Assembly (NCBI GenBank): GCA_951406725.2
Contig: OX597821.1
Span: 43,834,001 to 43,898,000, forward strand
Direction: 5' to 3'
DNA: 64,000 bases
Origin: Octopus vulgaris
Lineage: Eukaryota
Shown here: positions 1-10,227 of the stretch, in pieces
Position numbering within the stretch: position 1 is the first letter of the stretch
Layout: each line of letters begins with the position of its first letter
Position numbers and translations under genes: made by a program
Notes under the pieces: generated by a model
Told to the model about the DNA's origin: nothing
What the model saw: only the letters and a program-made list of their open reading frames with translations
Database searches by the model: none

Positions 1-599
1 CTTTTTCTACCTTTTGATTAAGCCGATAAAGATTAATATTTTACTTTAAATAAAATAGTAATTTTGCCCTTTATGTAAAAACAAAATCAAGCACCTGTGA
101 TTAAAAAAATTTCCCATAAAAATATAGGGAGAATTTCTATCCTTCAGTTTACAACACTTGAAAGTTGTATAAATTATTAAAGGAAGTAAGAAAAAAAAGA
201 CGGACAGTAGTAGCTGCAATGACTCTTTGAAGTGTTGACATTTTCAGCGTTTCTTTTTTCCTTGAAGAAGGGAAGACTATTTTATTTGTAATCTTAATCA
301 AATGGCAGTGTAATCCTTAATGTTGGATTTTATAACGCCCACTTCAGTATAGCAGCAAAGTTATTAGACATGTAAAGACATGACTAGCTAAGAACATCTA
401 CTTTGTCCCCTCCTTATATTGAGTGACATCACTTTATATATAGCGACTAACACATACCGCTTGTCACATGTACCATTATTACTATTATCCCCACAACTTC
501 TCCCCTTTTAAGTTTTCCTAGAGAGTGTAATTTTATGCTATAATTTTTACATCCCCACATCTCTCTTTTTAAAATTTTTTTTTTCATACAGTTACGCAT

Positions 600-1445
600 T
601 TAATATTTTTTCATTAGGTATCCACTTCCAGGAACTCCATTAATTTTCCTTTTCTTACACTTGTGTACCTGGGTTCAATCACCTCTGGTGGCATTGGTAT
701 TTGAAAAGTATCATATAACCATTTCATTGTTTCTTCCATTCTCTTGGATTCGCTGTCAATGAATCTTTTTATCAGTTGTTTCATGTGTCTCTTTTCTACT
801 TTTTACCAAGTATAACATTTTTCCTATGCATTTGGTAATTATGCCATCTCCCCAACTATATTTTCCATTCTTATATACCCTCACAAAAACCTTTCCACCA
901 ATTTTGAAAAATCTTGCTGCATTTTCCCTTGCAATTTTTCTTTTCTTGCCAGATAGCAATCTGTTGAAGACTGATTTTCCTAGCAAACATCATCTTCGCC
1001 GGTGACATACCTGCTGGTATATTTCGATTTGGTGTCACATGATATGCTCTTAAGAATTGTTGTAAAGCTGCCTCATCCGTGACATCCTTATTTGAATTTC
1101 TTAGGGGCTCTCTTGAATGTATTGACAAAACGTTCTGCCTGTCCGTTAGATCTGGAATGGTATGGCGCCGTAGTTACATGTTCTACAGCGAACGTTTTAC
1201 AATACTTTTTAAATTAAAAAAAAACACAAATTGGGTTCCATTGTCAGACACTATCACGTCTGGGTTGTGAAATCTCGCAAATGGCAAAAGTAAAAAAATT
1301 GTCACAGTTGAGGTTTTTTTACACTTACAAATTTCTGGCCATTTAGAGAAACTATCCACTACCACTAAAGTAGTAACAACTGTTTAAAGGACCAGTGAAA
1401 TTGATGTGTAGTCTCGACCATGGAACATCTACTTTTGGTCAAGGT
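600..1445 (-). pseudogene. Retroviral-type (rve) integrase, frameshifted
   Basis: Fragments in ORFs 1183-1365, 871-1128 and 756-986 give a DDE core (VVDSFSKWPE / IVSDNGTQF) and a C-terminal region, split over several frames. Confidence 0.85.
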
Positions 1446-1469
1446 TGAACTTTCCACATTACTTGTTAA

Positions 1470-1928
1470 CTCTACCAGTGATGTAGTCCTCCTTGTTGTT
1501 CTTTTCTAGGTTCAAACATTTCCAACGTGTATTAAACAACAAGCTTTTCTCCCTAAAAAATTTACTCAAAATGTCTCTTGTATCTTTAAAGTTTATGTCA
1601 GAAGGTTTTCTCAGGAGTACGTAATTGCTGTAACGCAGCCAGTTTTCTTAAAATTAAACGCATTTTCATCTCGTCATTCTAATCTTTGCACTCTTTATTG
1701 AAGATCTGTTCATATCTTCTACAGTAAGCTTCGAAGTTCGAAGGTAACTTGTTCGTTTGGTTCGTACTTAAACTCTGCTATCGAGTTCACAACATAATTT
1801 GGAGAGAATATTTTTTCAGCATTTCCTGCCGACTTACTATTCATTAATTGCAGCATTTGTTGCTGTAATAGTAATTGTTGTTGCTTCTGTTTTTGTAACT
1901 TGAGCAAACCAGCCAACATATTTTCCAT
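1470..1928 (-). pseudogene. gag-like ORF remnant of the LTR element
   Basis: Q-rich N-terminus followed by NSIAEFKYEPNEQVTFE and, downstream, SLLFNTRWKCLNLEK, as in invertebrate gypsy polyproteins; disrupted by stops and frameshifts. Confidence 0.7.
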
Positions 1929-1946
1929 AATTTTACGCTTTTGTAT

Positions 1947-2345
1947 ACTCTTACTCTTTTATTCTTTTACTTGTTTCAGTCACTTGACTGCGGCCATGCT
2001 GGAGCACCGCCTTTAATCGAGCAATTCGATCCCGGGACTTATTCTTTTGTAAGCCCAGTACTTATTCTATCGGTCTCTTTTGCCGAACTGCTAAGTAACG
2101 GGGACATAAACACACCAGCATCGGTTGTCAAGCAATGCTAGGGGAACAAACACAGACACACATACACTCATATATATATACATATATACGACGGGCTTCT
2201 TTCAGTTTCCATCTACCAAATCCACTCACAGGGCTTTGGTCGGCCCGAGGCTATAGTAGAAGACACTTGCCCAAGGTGTCACGCAGTGGGACTGAACCCG
2301 GAACCATGTGGTTGGTAAACAAGCTACTTACCACACAGCCACTCC
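1947..2345 (-). mobile_element. tRNA-derived SINE (family A), inserted in the 5' leader of the LTR element
   Basis: Minus strand: A-box TGGCTGTGTGG, B-box GGTTCAGTCC, CORE-like ACCTTGGGCAAGTGTCTT, internal (TA)/(TG) tract and (AAAAGAGT)-like tail. More than 10 related copies occur in the window. Confidence 0.92.
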
Positions 2346-2886
2346 GTAAAATTCACACAAAAATACTTTTGTGAGTTTCATAACTCCTCATGAACTTGTT
2401 AATTCCTCGTGAATTTGTTAATTTCTCGTGAGTCTGTTAATTCCTTGTCATCACTTATAATTCTTAATGTCGGATTGTATAATATCACTTTGGTAGAGCA
2501 ATATAGTTGTTAGAAACGTAAAGCTAAGAACATCTACTTCATCCTCTCCCTATACTGACCGACATCACCTTATATATAGCGGCCAACACATATGTGGGAG
2601 GGGTGTACCATACTTACATATAAGTTCAGGTTTATACCTGTACTTATTGGGGCCCTGGGATATTAACACACTACCTAAAATATAATCTTGAGAAATTAGG
2701 CTTTCCAAAACCGGAAAGAAGAATGCTGATTTGAAGACTACAGATTCTAGCCACTACTGGAACTGTAAAAATCTGTAAAACTTTCCAAAAGTTTATCATT
2801 TAAATATATGTCTATATATGTAACTATATGCATGAGAACATATACATAAAACAAAACATACAAATCTGCATGTATACATACAAACA

Positions 2887-2993
2887 GAAATACCCTGTTG
2901 ATGTTGAAATTCCAATGAAGGAGCCTTGGATCTAGGTTAGAAACCGATTCTTTCTCTACTGGCAAGAAATCTTGAAATAAAACTGAATAATGA
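2887..2993 (+). mobile_element. ~110-bp (CATA)n-embedded mini-element, copy 1
   Basis: Closely similar to 4902-5013; both copies are bordered by CATA repeats. Confidence 0.75.
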
Positions 2994-3167
2994 CATACAT
3001 GCATACATACATACATACATGCATGCATGCATACATACATACATACATACATGCATACATGCATACATACATGCATACTTACATACATGCATACATACAT
3101 ATATGCATACATACATACATGCATACATACATACATACATACATGCATGCATACATGCATGCATACA

Positions 3168-3200
<33 letters not shown>

Positions 3201-3369
3201 GCATACATACATATATGCATACATACATACATACATACATACATACATACATACATGCATGCATACATACATACATACATACATACATACATACATACAT
3301 ACATGCATACATACATACATGCATGCATACATATATGCATACATACATATGCATACATACATACATACA

Positions 3370-3400
<31 letters not shown>
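2994..3400. repeat. (CATA)n/(CATG) compound tetranucleotide microsatellite
   Basis: Directly visible; source of the MYVC/HTYI ORFs. Confidence 0.98.
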
Positions 3401-3401
<1 letters not shown>

Positions 3402-3402
<1 letters not shown>

Positions 3403-3810
3403 TGGGAAGGGGTAGACTAAGGAAGGTATTAGACTAAGTGGTGAGAAAGGATCTTCAAATGCTGGACTTCACTGAGGAGATGACAAAGAACCGGGGCTTG
3501 TGGCGATTTGCTGTACTTGACAAGACACATCAGGCTAAGTAAAATTGTGGTCATCGATACACAAAGGCATGTCCTGTATGGTGCTGCAACCACTCCCTCT
3601 CCCAACTGAGAGGTCTTTGTCTGACAGGTACCAGTGTCATATAAAGTACAATTGTGCCAGTACAAAATAAACACACCTATGCCAATGGCATGTAAAAAGC
3701 ACCCAGCACACTCAGTAAAGCATCCAGCCATAGAAACCATGTTAAAACAGACAACTGGAGTCTGGAAAGCTGGCCTGCTCCTGCCAAGAAATCCAGCCCA
3801 TGCCAGCATA
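3402..3810 (+). mobile_element. Old 5'-truncated RTE LINE 3' end
   Basis: GRGRLRKV...VRKDLQML C-terminus, then 3' UTR motifs GGCATGTAAAAAGCACC and CCCATGCCAGCAT shared with 12660-13390. Confidence 0.8.
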
Positions 3811-4004
3811 TCTATATGTACCAGGATGTTTCTAACCACATTGCATATAAATGGGTTTCTGTGAAAGATTAAACATGATATGTGGCTGAATACATCACAG
3901 TAGCACTTCATCAAACTGCAGTTACATCATACCACTTTGCATTAAACAAAGAATATGTATTTGGAATTATATATATTGGAGAAAACAGATCAATGTGTGC
4001 AGTA

Positions 4005-4122
4005 ATAATAATGAAAAGAGATAAAAGTAACAACAACAATGATAATACTAATAATACTACCAACAGTAATAAAAGTAATAGTAGTGGAACAAGCCATGAT
4101 GATGACGTTAATGATAATAATG

Positions 4123-4166
<44 letters not shown>

Positions 4167-4232
4167 TAATAATAATGATGAAAATAGCAGTAACAGGAAA
4201 CATATGTACATACATATATGTGTGTGTGTGTA

Positions 4233-4266
<34 letters not shown>

Positions 4267-4444
4267 CATTAAGTACATATATACTCATCTCATACATCCA
4301 AACACACACACACACACACATATATATACATACATATACGTATATACATGTATACATACATATATACATACATATATATGTATATATGTGTGTATATATA
4401 TATATGCACACACACATATATATATGTATATAGATATGTATGCA

Positions 4445-4509
<65 letters not shown>

Positions 4510-4620
4510 AAGTAGTTAGACAGATCGATAAATATATAGCTAGCTAGCTAGCTAGATTGATAGATAGGTAGAAAGAAAGGCATATAAATAGATACATGCA
4601 TACACACACATGCACATACA
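4005..4620. repeat. Compound (AAT)n, (TA)n, (CA)n, (TG)n microsatellites
   Basis: Directly visible. Confidence 0.95.
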
Positions 4621-4809
4621 TACACTTTTTGTTTCACAAAGAAAGAACAACTAACTCAATCCATATTGTATATATGTTTATTTATATATTTAAGCAGCAG
4701 GTGTTTCATTACATTGTGTATCCTAATTTTCTGCTCTCCATGTTCATTCAATTGAAATATAGTCGATGCTTTTCCTGAACAAATGTGAAATGTAAGAACC
4801 TGTGTTCAC

Positions 4810-4810
<1 letters not shown>

Positions 4811-4840
<30 letters not shown>

Positions 4841-4900
4841 CATACATACATACATACATACATACATACATACATACATACATACATACACACACACATA
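4811..4900. repeat. (TACA)n microsatellite
   Basis: Directly visible. Confidence 0.97.
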
Positions 4901-4901
4901 C

Positions 4902-5013
4902 GAAAATACCCTGCTGTTGATGTTGAAATTCCAATGAAAGAACCTTGAATCTAGGTTAGAAACCAGCTCTTTCCCTATTGGCAAGAAATCTTGAAAAAAA
5001 AACTGAACAATGA
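4902..5013 (+). mobile_element. ~110-bp (CATA)n-embedded mini-element, copy 2
   Basis: Matches 2887-2993. Confidence 0.75.
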
Positions 5014-5118
5014 CATACATGCATGCATACATACATATGAATATACAGATACATACTTGTATATATATGCATATACAATATATATATATACATATATATA
5101 TATATGTATAATATATAC

Positions 5119-5149
<31 letters not shown>

Positions 5150-5151
5150 TG

Positions 5152-5190
<39 letters not shown>

Positions 5191-5318
5191 ATTAGGGCTT
5201 AGTAAAATAAATTACTTTGCCTTAATGGTCCTTTTACATACTGAACACTTGGTGAAATTGATTAATTAATTAATTTTACCCTCAATTGTTGATACTATAT
5301 ATATGTATATATATATAT

Positions 5319-5918
5319 GGGTACAGGATGTCACCAACTGTGTAAACAGCATGAAATATGACAACAAACAAGTTAAATACGCAAATAACAAGAGAAAAAA
5401 ATGGAAAACAAGGCAAGTAACATGGAGAATGACTTTTCATCAGTTGCTGGCTGTTTATCTACTCCTCACTTTGAGCATTCAATGACAATATGAGTCTTCA
5501 AAGACAGTTGCTCCCATAAATTTCAAAATAAAATTTTGGATTTTATGGAGGGTCAAAATCGGGAACAAAAACAGGACAGAGGAGACATATAAGAAAGCCG
5601 AATGAAAACAGAATGAGAGGCAAAATAGTGACTGCTGGAAGAAATATTTTCGTTGAGAAACAGAGAGAATATGTCTAGTCTTTAGAATGTCATGCAGGAA
5701 AAGAAAGATGGTCACATGAGGAATAGAAAGATGAACGATGGTCATGTGTGAGCAACGAAAGAGAGAAAAAGAGAATGAGAGGGAGAGAGAGAGAGAGAGA
5801 GAGAGGCAGACAGATAGAAAATGGAGAAGGGGAGAAAAAGGGAATTAGAGAAGGATGGGGGAGAAAACAGTATAGAGTAGAGTTGCATCAAAATGGTTAA
5901 GATAAACTTGGCTCTGTG

Positions 5919-5920
<2 letters not shown>
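5319..5920 (-). mobile_element. (TA)n-flanked non-coding cassette, possibly Penelope-like-derived
   Basis: Sharp (TA)n borders on both sides; T-rich minus-strand end; CTGATGA at 5437-5443 (minus). Confidence 0.35.
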
Positions 5921-5956
<36 letters not shown>

Positions 5957-6129
5957 TAAAACAATACTGGGAGGATAAGAGACGGAACGAAGTGAAAATT
6001 CGAAAATTCGAACACTGGCAGAATTACTGTTTTATCCAGAAAAGCAGGTGTTATTTCCATTTCCCATTTCCATTACACTGTTTCATGTCCTATCCCATTC
6101 TCTGTTCAGTTCCCATGTATGTAAGTATT

Positions 6130-6212
6130 GTGTGTGTGTGTGTGTCAATTAGTTGTAAGGAAGCCCACAAAAGTAGAGAGACAGACAGTTACAGGATGTC
6201 ACACACGTTTGA

Positions 6213-6288
<76 letters not shown>

Positions 6289-6290
6289 TG

Positions 6291-6321
<31 letters not shown>

Positions 6322-6760
6322 GTATTGTGTGTGTGTGTGTGTCTGTGCGTGAAAAACCACCTACCCCCTTTCTCTTTAAGCTACATATAACTCACACCCA
6401 CCTTTCTGTGTGTGTGTGTGTGCATGTGTTGTATCTATGTATTAATGAAAGTATGTATGCAGTGTGGCATGTATATGACAGCAATAGTAACATTAGCATC
6501 CCATTCACACCTCTTCTTGTCTTCACTGATAGAAGTCACCCTCTCTCTGTTACTAACTTATATAACAGCTATAGTAACATTACCATCCCATTATCACCGC
6601 TGTTACTGCCTTCACTGATAGAAGTCCCCTTCTCTTTCAGACTTATAATTTTGCAACCTTCTAATTGACCTATTATTGAACTAGATGTTAGTGTCACATG
6701 TAAAGTTCAGTGGTTTAGGCACTAAATTGGTAGCAATCAGACAGACAGAAATTGCTATAT
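6130..6760 (-). mobile_element. Non-autonomous Helitron, truncated copy
   Basis: Reverse-complement homologue of 25551-26180 (e.g. CAGACAGACAGAAATTGC, CCTATTATTGAACTAGAT, GTAGAGAGACAGAC); contains an internal ~88-bp tandem duplication at ~6476-6635. Confidence 0.7.
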
Positions 6761-7799
6761 GTATATGTGTATGAAAGGATATATATATATATCTATATAT
6801 ATATATATATATATATATGCGTACATACATACATGTATAAATGATGTCACATTTCTGTGGAAGACATCAAGTATATGACTAGCCGCTGCCTAAAACTGTT
6901 ATCAAAGGACTACTCCCTAATGCAATTTGACATTGTTGTTGAAACAGTATACCATGTCATGTGAAAAAAAGACTCTCCTGGAATATATAAAGATACCCCC
7001 TGCCACTGAATACATAGGTACATACATACACATCAGCATAAGGAATATTAGTGGAACACTCCCATCAAAACTTCTGTCAAGTGTAAACATGGCAGGCCAG
7101 TTATTGCTGTTTGGGGCAGATGAGAAGTATGTACTGTTATAGAGGCCAGCAACTCTGGTGATGTGAATATGGGAATGGGATAGGACACGAAACAGTGTAA
7201 TGGAGGTGGGAACTGGAAATAACACCTACTTTTCTGGATAAAACAGAGTAATTCTGCCAGTATATATATATATATATATATATATAAATTTATATATATA
7301 TATATATATATATATCAAAGAGAAAGAGGATAACAATGGACAACTGCTTTGAAACCTTCAGCTTCTATACTCTAATTATAAATTCACATTTGTATTAATT
7401 ATAATTGATGCACTTGGTTTTGTGAGTAAAAGCCTAAGTGACAATTTGGATAAGGTAGGATTTTTAGGAAAAGAAATCAACCAGATAATTTGTACATAAC
7501 AATTACAGTCTATTAGAGGAACAGTAAAAGTATGCAAGACTTTTCTTAAGTTTAAAATCTGAGTTTGTTTTTGTTATCTACATTCCAATGATGGAGTGTT
7601 GTATCTTTGTTAGAAAGCAGCTGCTTAGAAGATTTCAAATAATTTAAAATGGCAGAGAACATACCAACCAACGTACCTGATTAATTGATTGATCGATCAA
7701 TTGATCAATCTATTCATGTATACTTACATACGCCTGTATATACATACGTATATGTAAACACTAATACACACATATATATAAATACAAATACAAAAATAT

Positions 7800-7905
7800 C
7801 TACAGCCACTTCTCTGGCTGGCCAACTCCTATCAAACCATTCAACCCATGCCAGCATGGAAAACAGACATTAAATGATACTGCTGCTGCTGCTGATGATG
7901 ATAAT
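7800..7905 (+). mobile_element. RTE-type 3' tail fragment
   Basis: AACCCATGCCAGCATGGAAAACAGACATTAAATGAT terminus. Confidence 0.75.
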
Positions 7906-8432
7906 ATATTCATACATACTTTCATACACACATATGTACACATACATTTATACATACACATCTACAAAAATTCATACATACATACATATCTTTTACACAT
8001 TCATTTTGTTCCTTTACTAACACGGCTAGGATGGCTTAGATATCCTAATTGATTTTATAACTGGTCATCCTTCTACATTTAAAGTACCAGTGTGATATAA
8101 GACTGAAAACTGTTATGTCTGCTTAGCTGAGTGAAATAGAATGATGTGACTTGTTGAAGATGCATTATGAGAATTGAACTTACAAACACACATCTAATAA
8201 GCTAGCTCTTATACTTTCTTTTTTCATTTTTTTTATCTTATTCATTTCCTGACTAAGAGTAAAATTATTAATAAATGAAAAATATTTGACACCTAAAGTT
8301 GTAGGGATGGACATTTTCACACCTTAGGAAATAATAATGATAGTGTTAATAACAATAACGATGATGATGATGATGATGATGATGATAATAACAATAATAA
8401 TAATTATAATAATAATAATAATAATAATAATA

Positions 8433-8921
8433 ATGTACATTGTTTTGTCTTGGTATAAAAGATGGGCTACAGCAAATATTCTGCTCAATACCACAGATTT
8501 GCTTGTCAGTTGTTTGACCTTAACCAGTTGACCATGTCCCTTAATGGCTGACGATATGTGCATCTCTGATTATGAGCAGGGGTAGTGGGGGAGCATCATA
8601 GCCATGTGTTGAGAGGGATTCTTTGGGGTTTGAATAATTCACCTCCGGAAACATGGGTGGTTTTTTCAACATCCTTAAACAACCCTTATTCAGGGACCGT
8701 TTGAGTGGGATGGGCTACTCAACCTGAAGAAAATTCTGACTGGGCCCCACCTGCAAGGTCATGTGCTATTTATCTTGATATGAGATCACCATGTCACGCA
8801 CATATGGTTGTGATGCATGTGCCTTGTGTACCCTTATCAGACGGGTAGTCATGATGGGTATATTGGGCTTCGTATATTTTACCCCAGTGTCACTTTGATG
8901 GCATGAACTGCTATCTCACTC
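8433..8921 (+). mobile_element. ~490-bp (AAT)n-embedded non-coding retroposon, copy 1
   Basis: Near-identical to 34380-34868; flanked by AAT repeats on both sides. Confidence 0.85.
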
Positions 8922-8954
8922 AATAATAATAATAATAACATTAGTCAAGATGAT

Positions 8955-9227
8955 TATAATGGTGGTGGTGGTGGTGATGTAGTGGTGGTGTGGTGATGGT
9001 GGTGATGTTGTTGTTGTTGTTGGTGGTATGGTGATGGCAGTGGTGGCGATGGTAGTAGTGGCAGTGTTGGTTTTGGTACTGGCTGTAGAAGTGTTGATGA
9101 TGATGATGATGATTGGAGGTGGTTGTGATGGTGATAGTAGTTGTTGTAGTGGTGGTACTTGTGGCAGTGATGATGATGATGATAGTAGCGGTGATAAGGA
9201 AGAAAGTGGTAGTAGTGTTGATGATAT

Positions 9228-9270
<43 letters not shown>

Positions 9271-9412
9271 AATGATGATGGGGATTGTTGTGGTGGTGAT
9301 GATTGTGGAAGTGATAGTGGTTGTGACGATGGTAATAATGACGGTAGTGGTGGTAGTAGTGGTATTATTATTATTGATGATGAGATGATGATGATGATGA
9401 TGATGATGATGC
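8955..9412. repeat. Degenerate (GGT/GAT/GTA)n trinucleotide array
   Basis: Directly visible. Confidence 0.95.
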
Positions 9413-10039
9413 TGTACCATGAAGATGAATCAAAAATGACAAGGAGTGTAACAGTTCAGCATTTATGTAGATCTTGTTTTGTGCAGATGTTTTAATATAA
9501 CATGCATATTTTTTTTTCTTTTCGTTAATTAATTAGTGTGATTAATAAGATTTGCAGAGAAATGTAGTGGTGTGGATAGAGGAGGGAAGACAATTGATTA
9601 GTTATTGGTCTGAAGAGATTGTATAGATGATACAGAGGTCACTGTGTGGTGATCAGACAGAGACAGTTTCAGGAGTGGAGCAATGGTCACAATAAGTTGG
9701 TCTAAGTATATCTTGTTAAATAAATCACTTATGTTAATTATCTAGAGATGCTATTTGCATAAAAAAGCAATAGTTAAATTAGTGGTAACCTATCAAACTG
9801 TAATGTGCATTTAAAATCCTAATTAGAAATATTTTTGCTTTAAGGAAAGGACAATATTAATTCAGTGATATGTTAACTATTAAGCAAGTATGGGAGATAA
9901 CTGCAAACATGTTTCAGTTTTAATTGATCTCTTTTAAAAAGTGTAAACTTCACTGTACTGGTTGAAATAGCGATGAGAGAATTACTGTGTAAAAAATACG
10001 TATTTAATGTATGTATATGATGAATATTCATATACATAA

Positions 10040-10225
10040 TTCTTTTATTCTTTAACTTGTTTCAGTAATCTGACTGTGGCTGTGCTGGATCACCTCCTTT
10101 AGTCGACAAATTGACCCCAGGACTTATTCTTTGTAAGCTTAGTATTTATTCTATTGGTCTCTTTTCCTGAACCACTAAGTTACGGGTATGTAAACACATC
10201 AACATTGGTTGTCAAGTGATGGTAG
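10040..10225 (-). mobile_element. SINE family A, 3' half (5' half at 13390-13527)
   Basis: Aligns to the tail half of 1947-2345; interrupted by the RTE LINE. Confidence 0.85.
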
Positions 10226-10227
10226 GG

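Larger units (their letters stand above)
309..2600 (-). mobile_element. Ty3/gypsy-type LTR retrotransposon, internally deleted and decayed (gag + integrase remnants)
   Basis: Similar LTR copies at ~309-495 and ~2456-2600 (shared CTTAATGTyGGATT, AGCTAAGAACATCTACTT, GACATCAC..TATATATAGCG). The 3' LTR reads TG...CA on the minus strand and is preceded by a polypurine tract (496-510). A PBS-like motif lies at 2441-2455. Gag-like ORF 1719-1928. Integrase motifs PWSRLHINFTGP, VVDSFSKWPE, PDVIVSDNGTQF and FLRAYHVTPN..SPAKMMFARKI at ~870-1440. Confidence 0.85.

Noticed and set aside
2747-3437. Long ORFs such as MYVCMYVC and HTYIHTYI (also at 4.0-6.7, 8.9-9.5, 31.4, 39-41.8, 55-56.8, 59 and 61.6 kb)
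   Set aside because: Stop-free translations of microsatellites that are open in several frames and on both strands.
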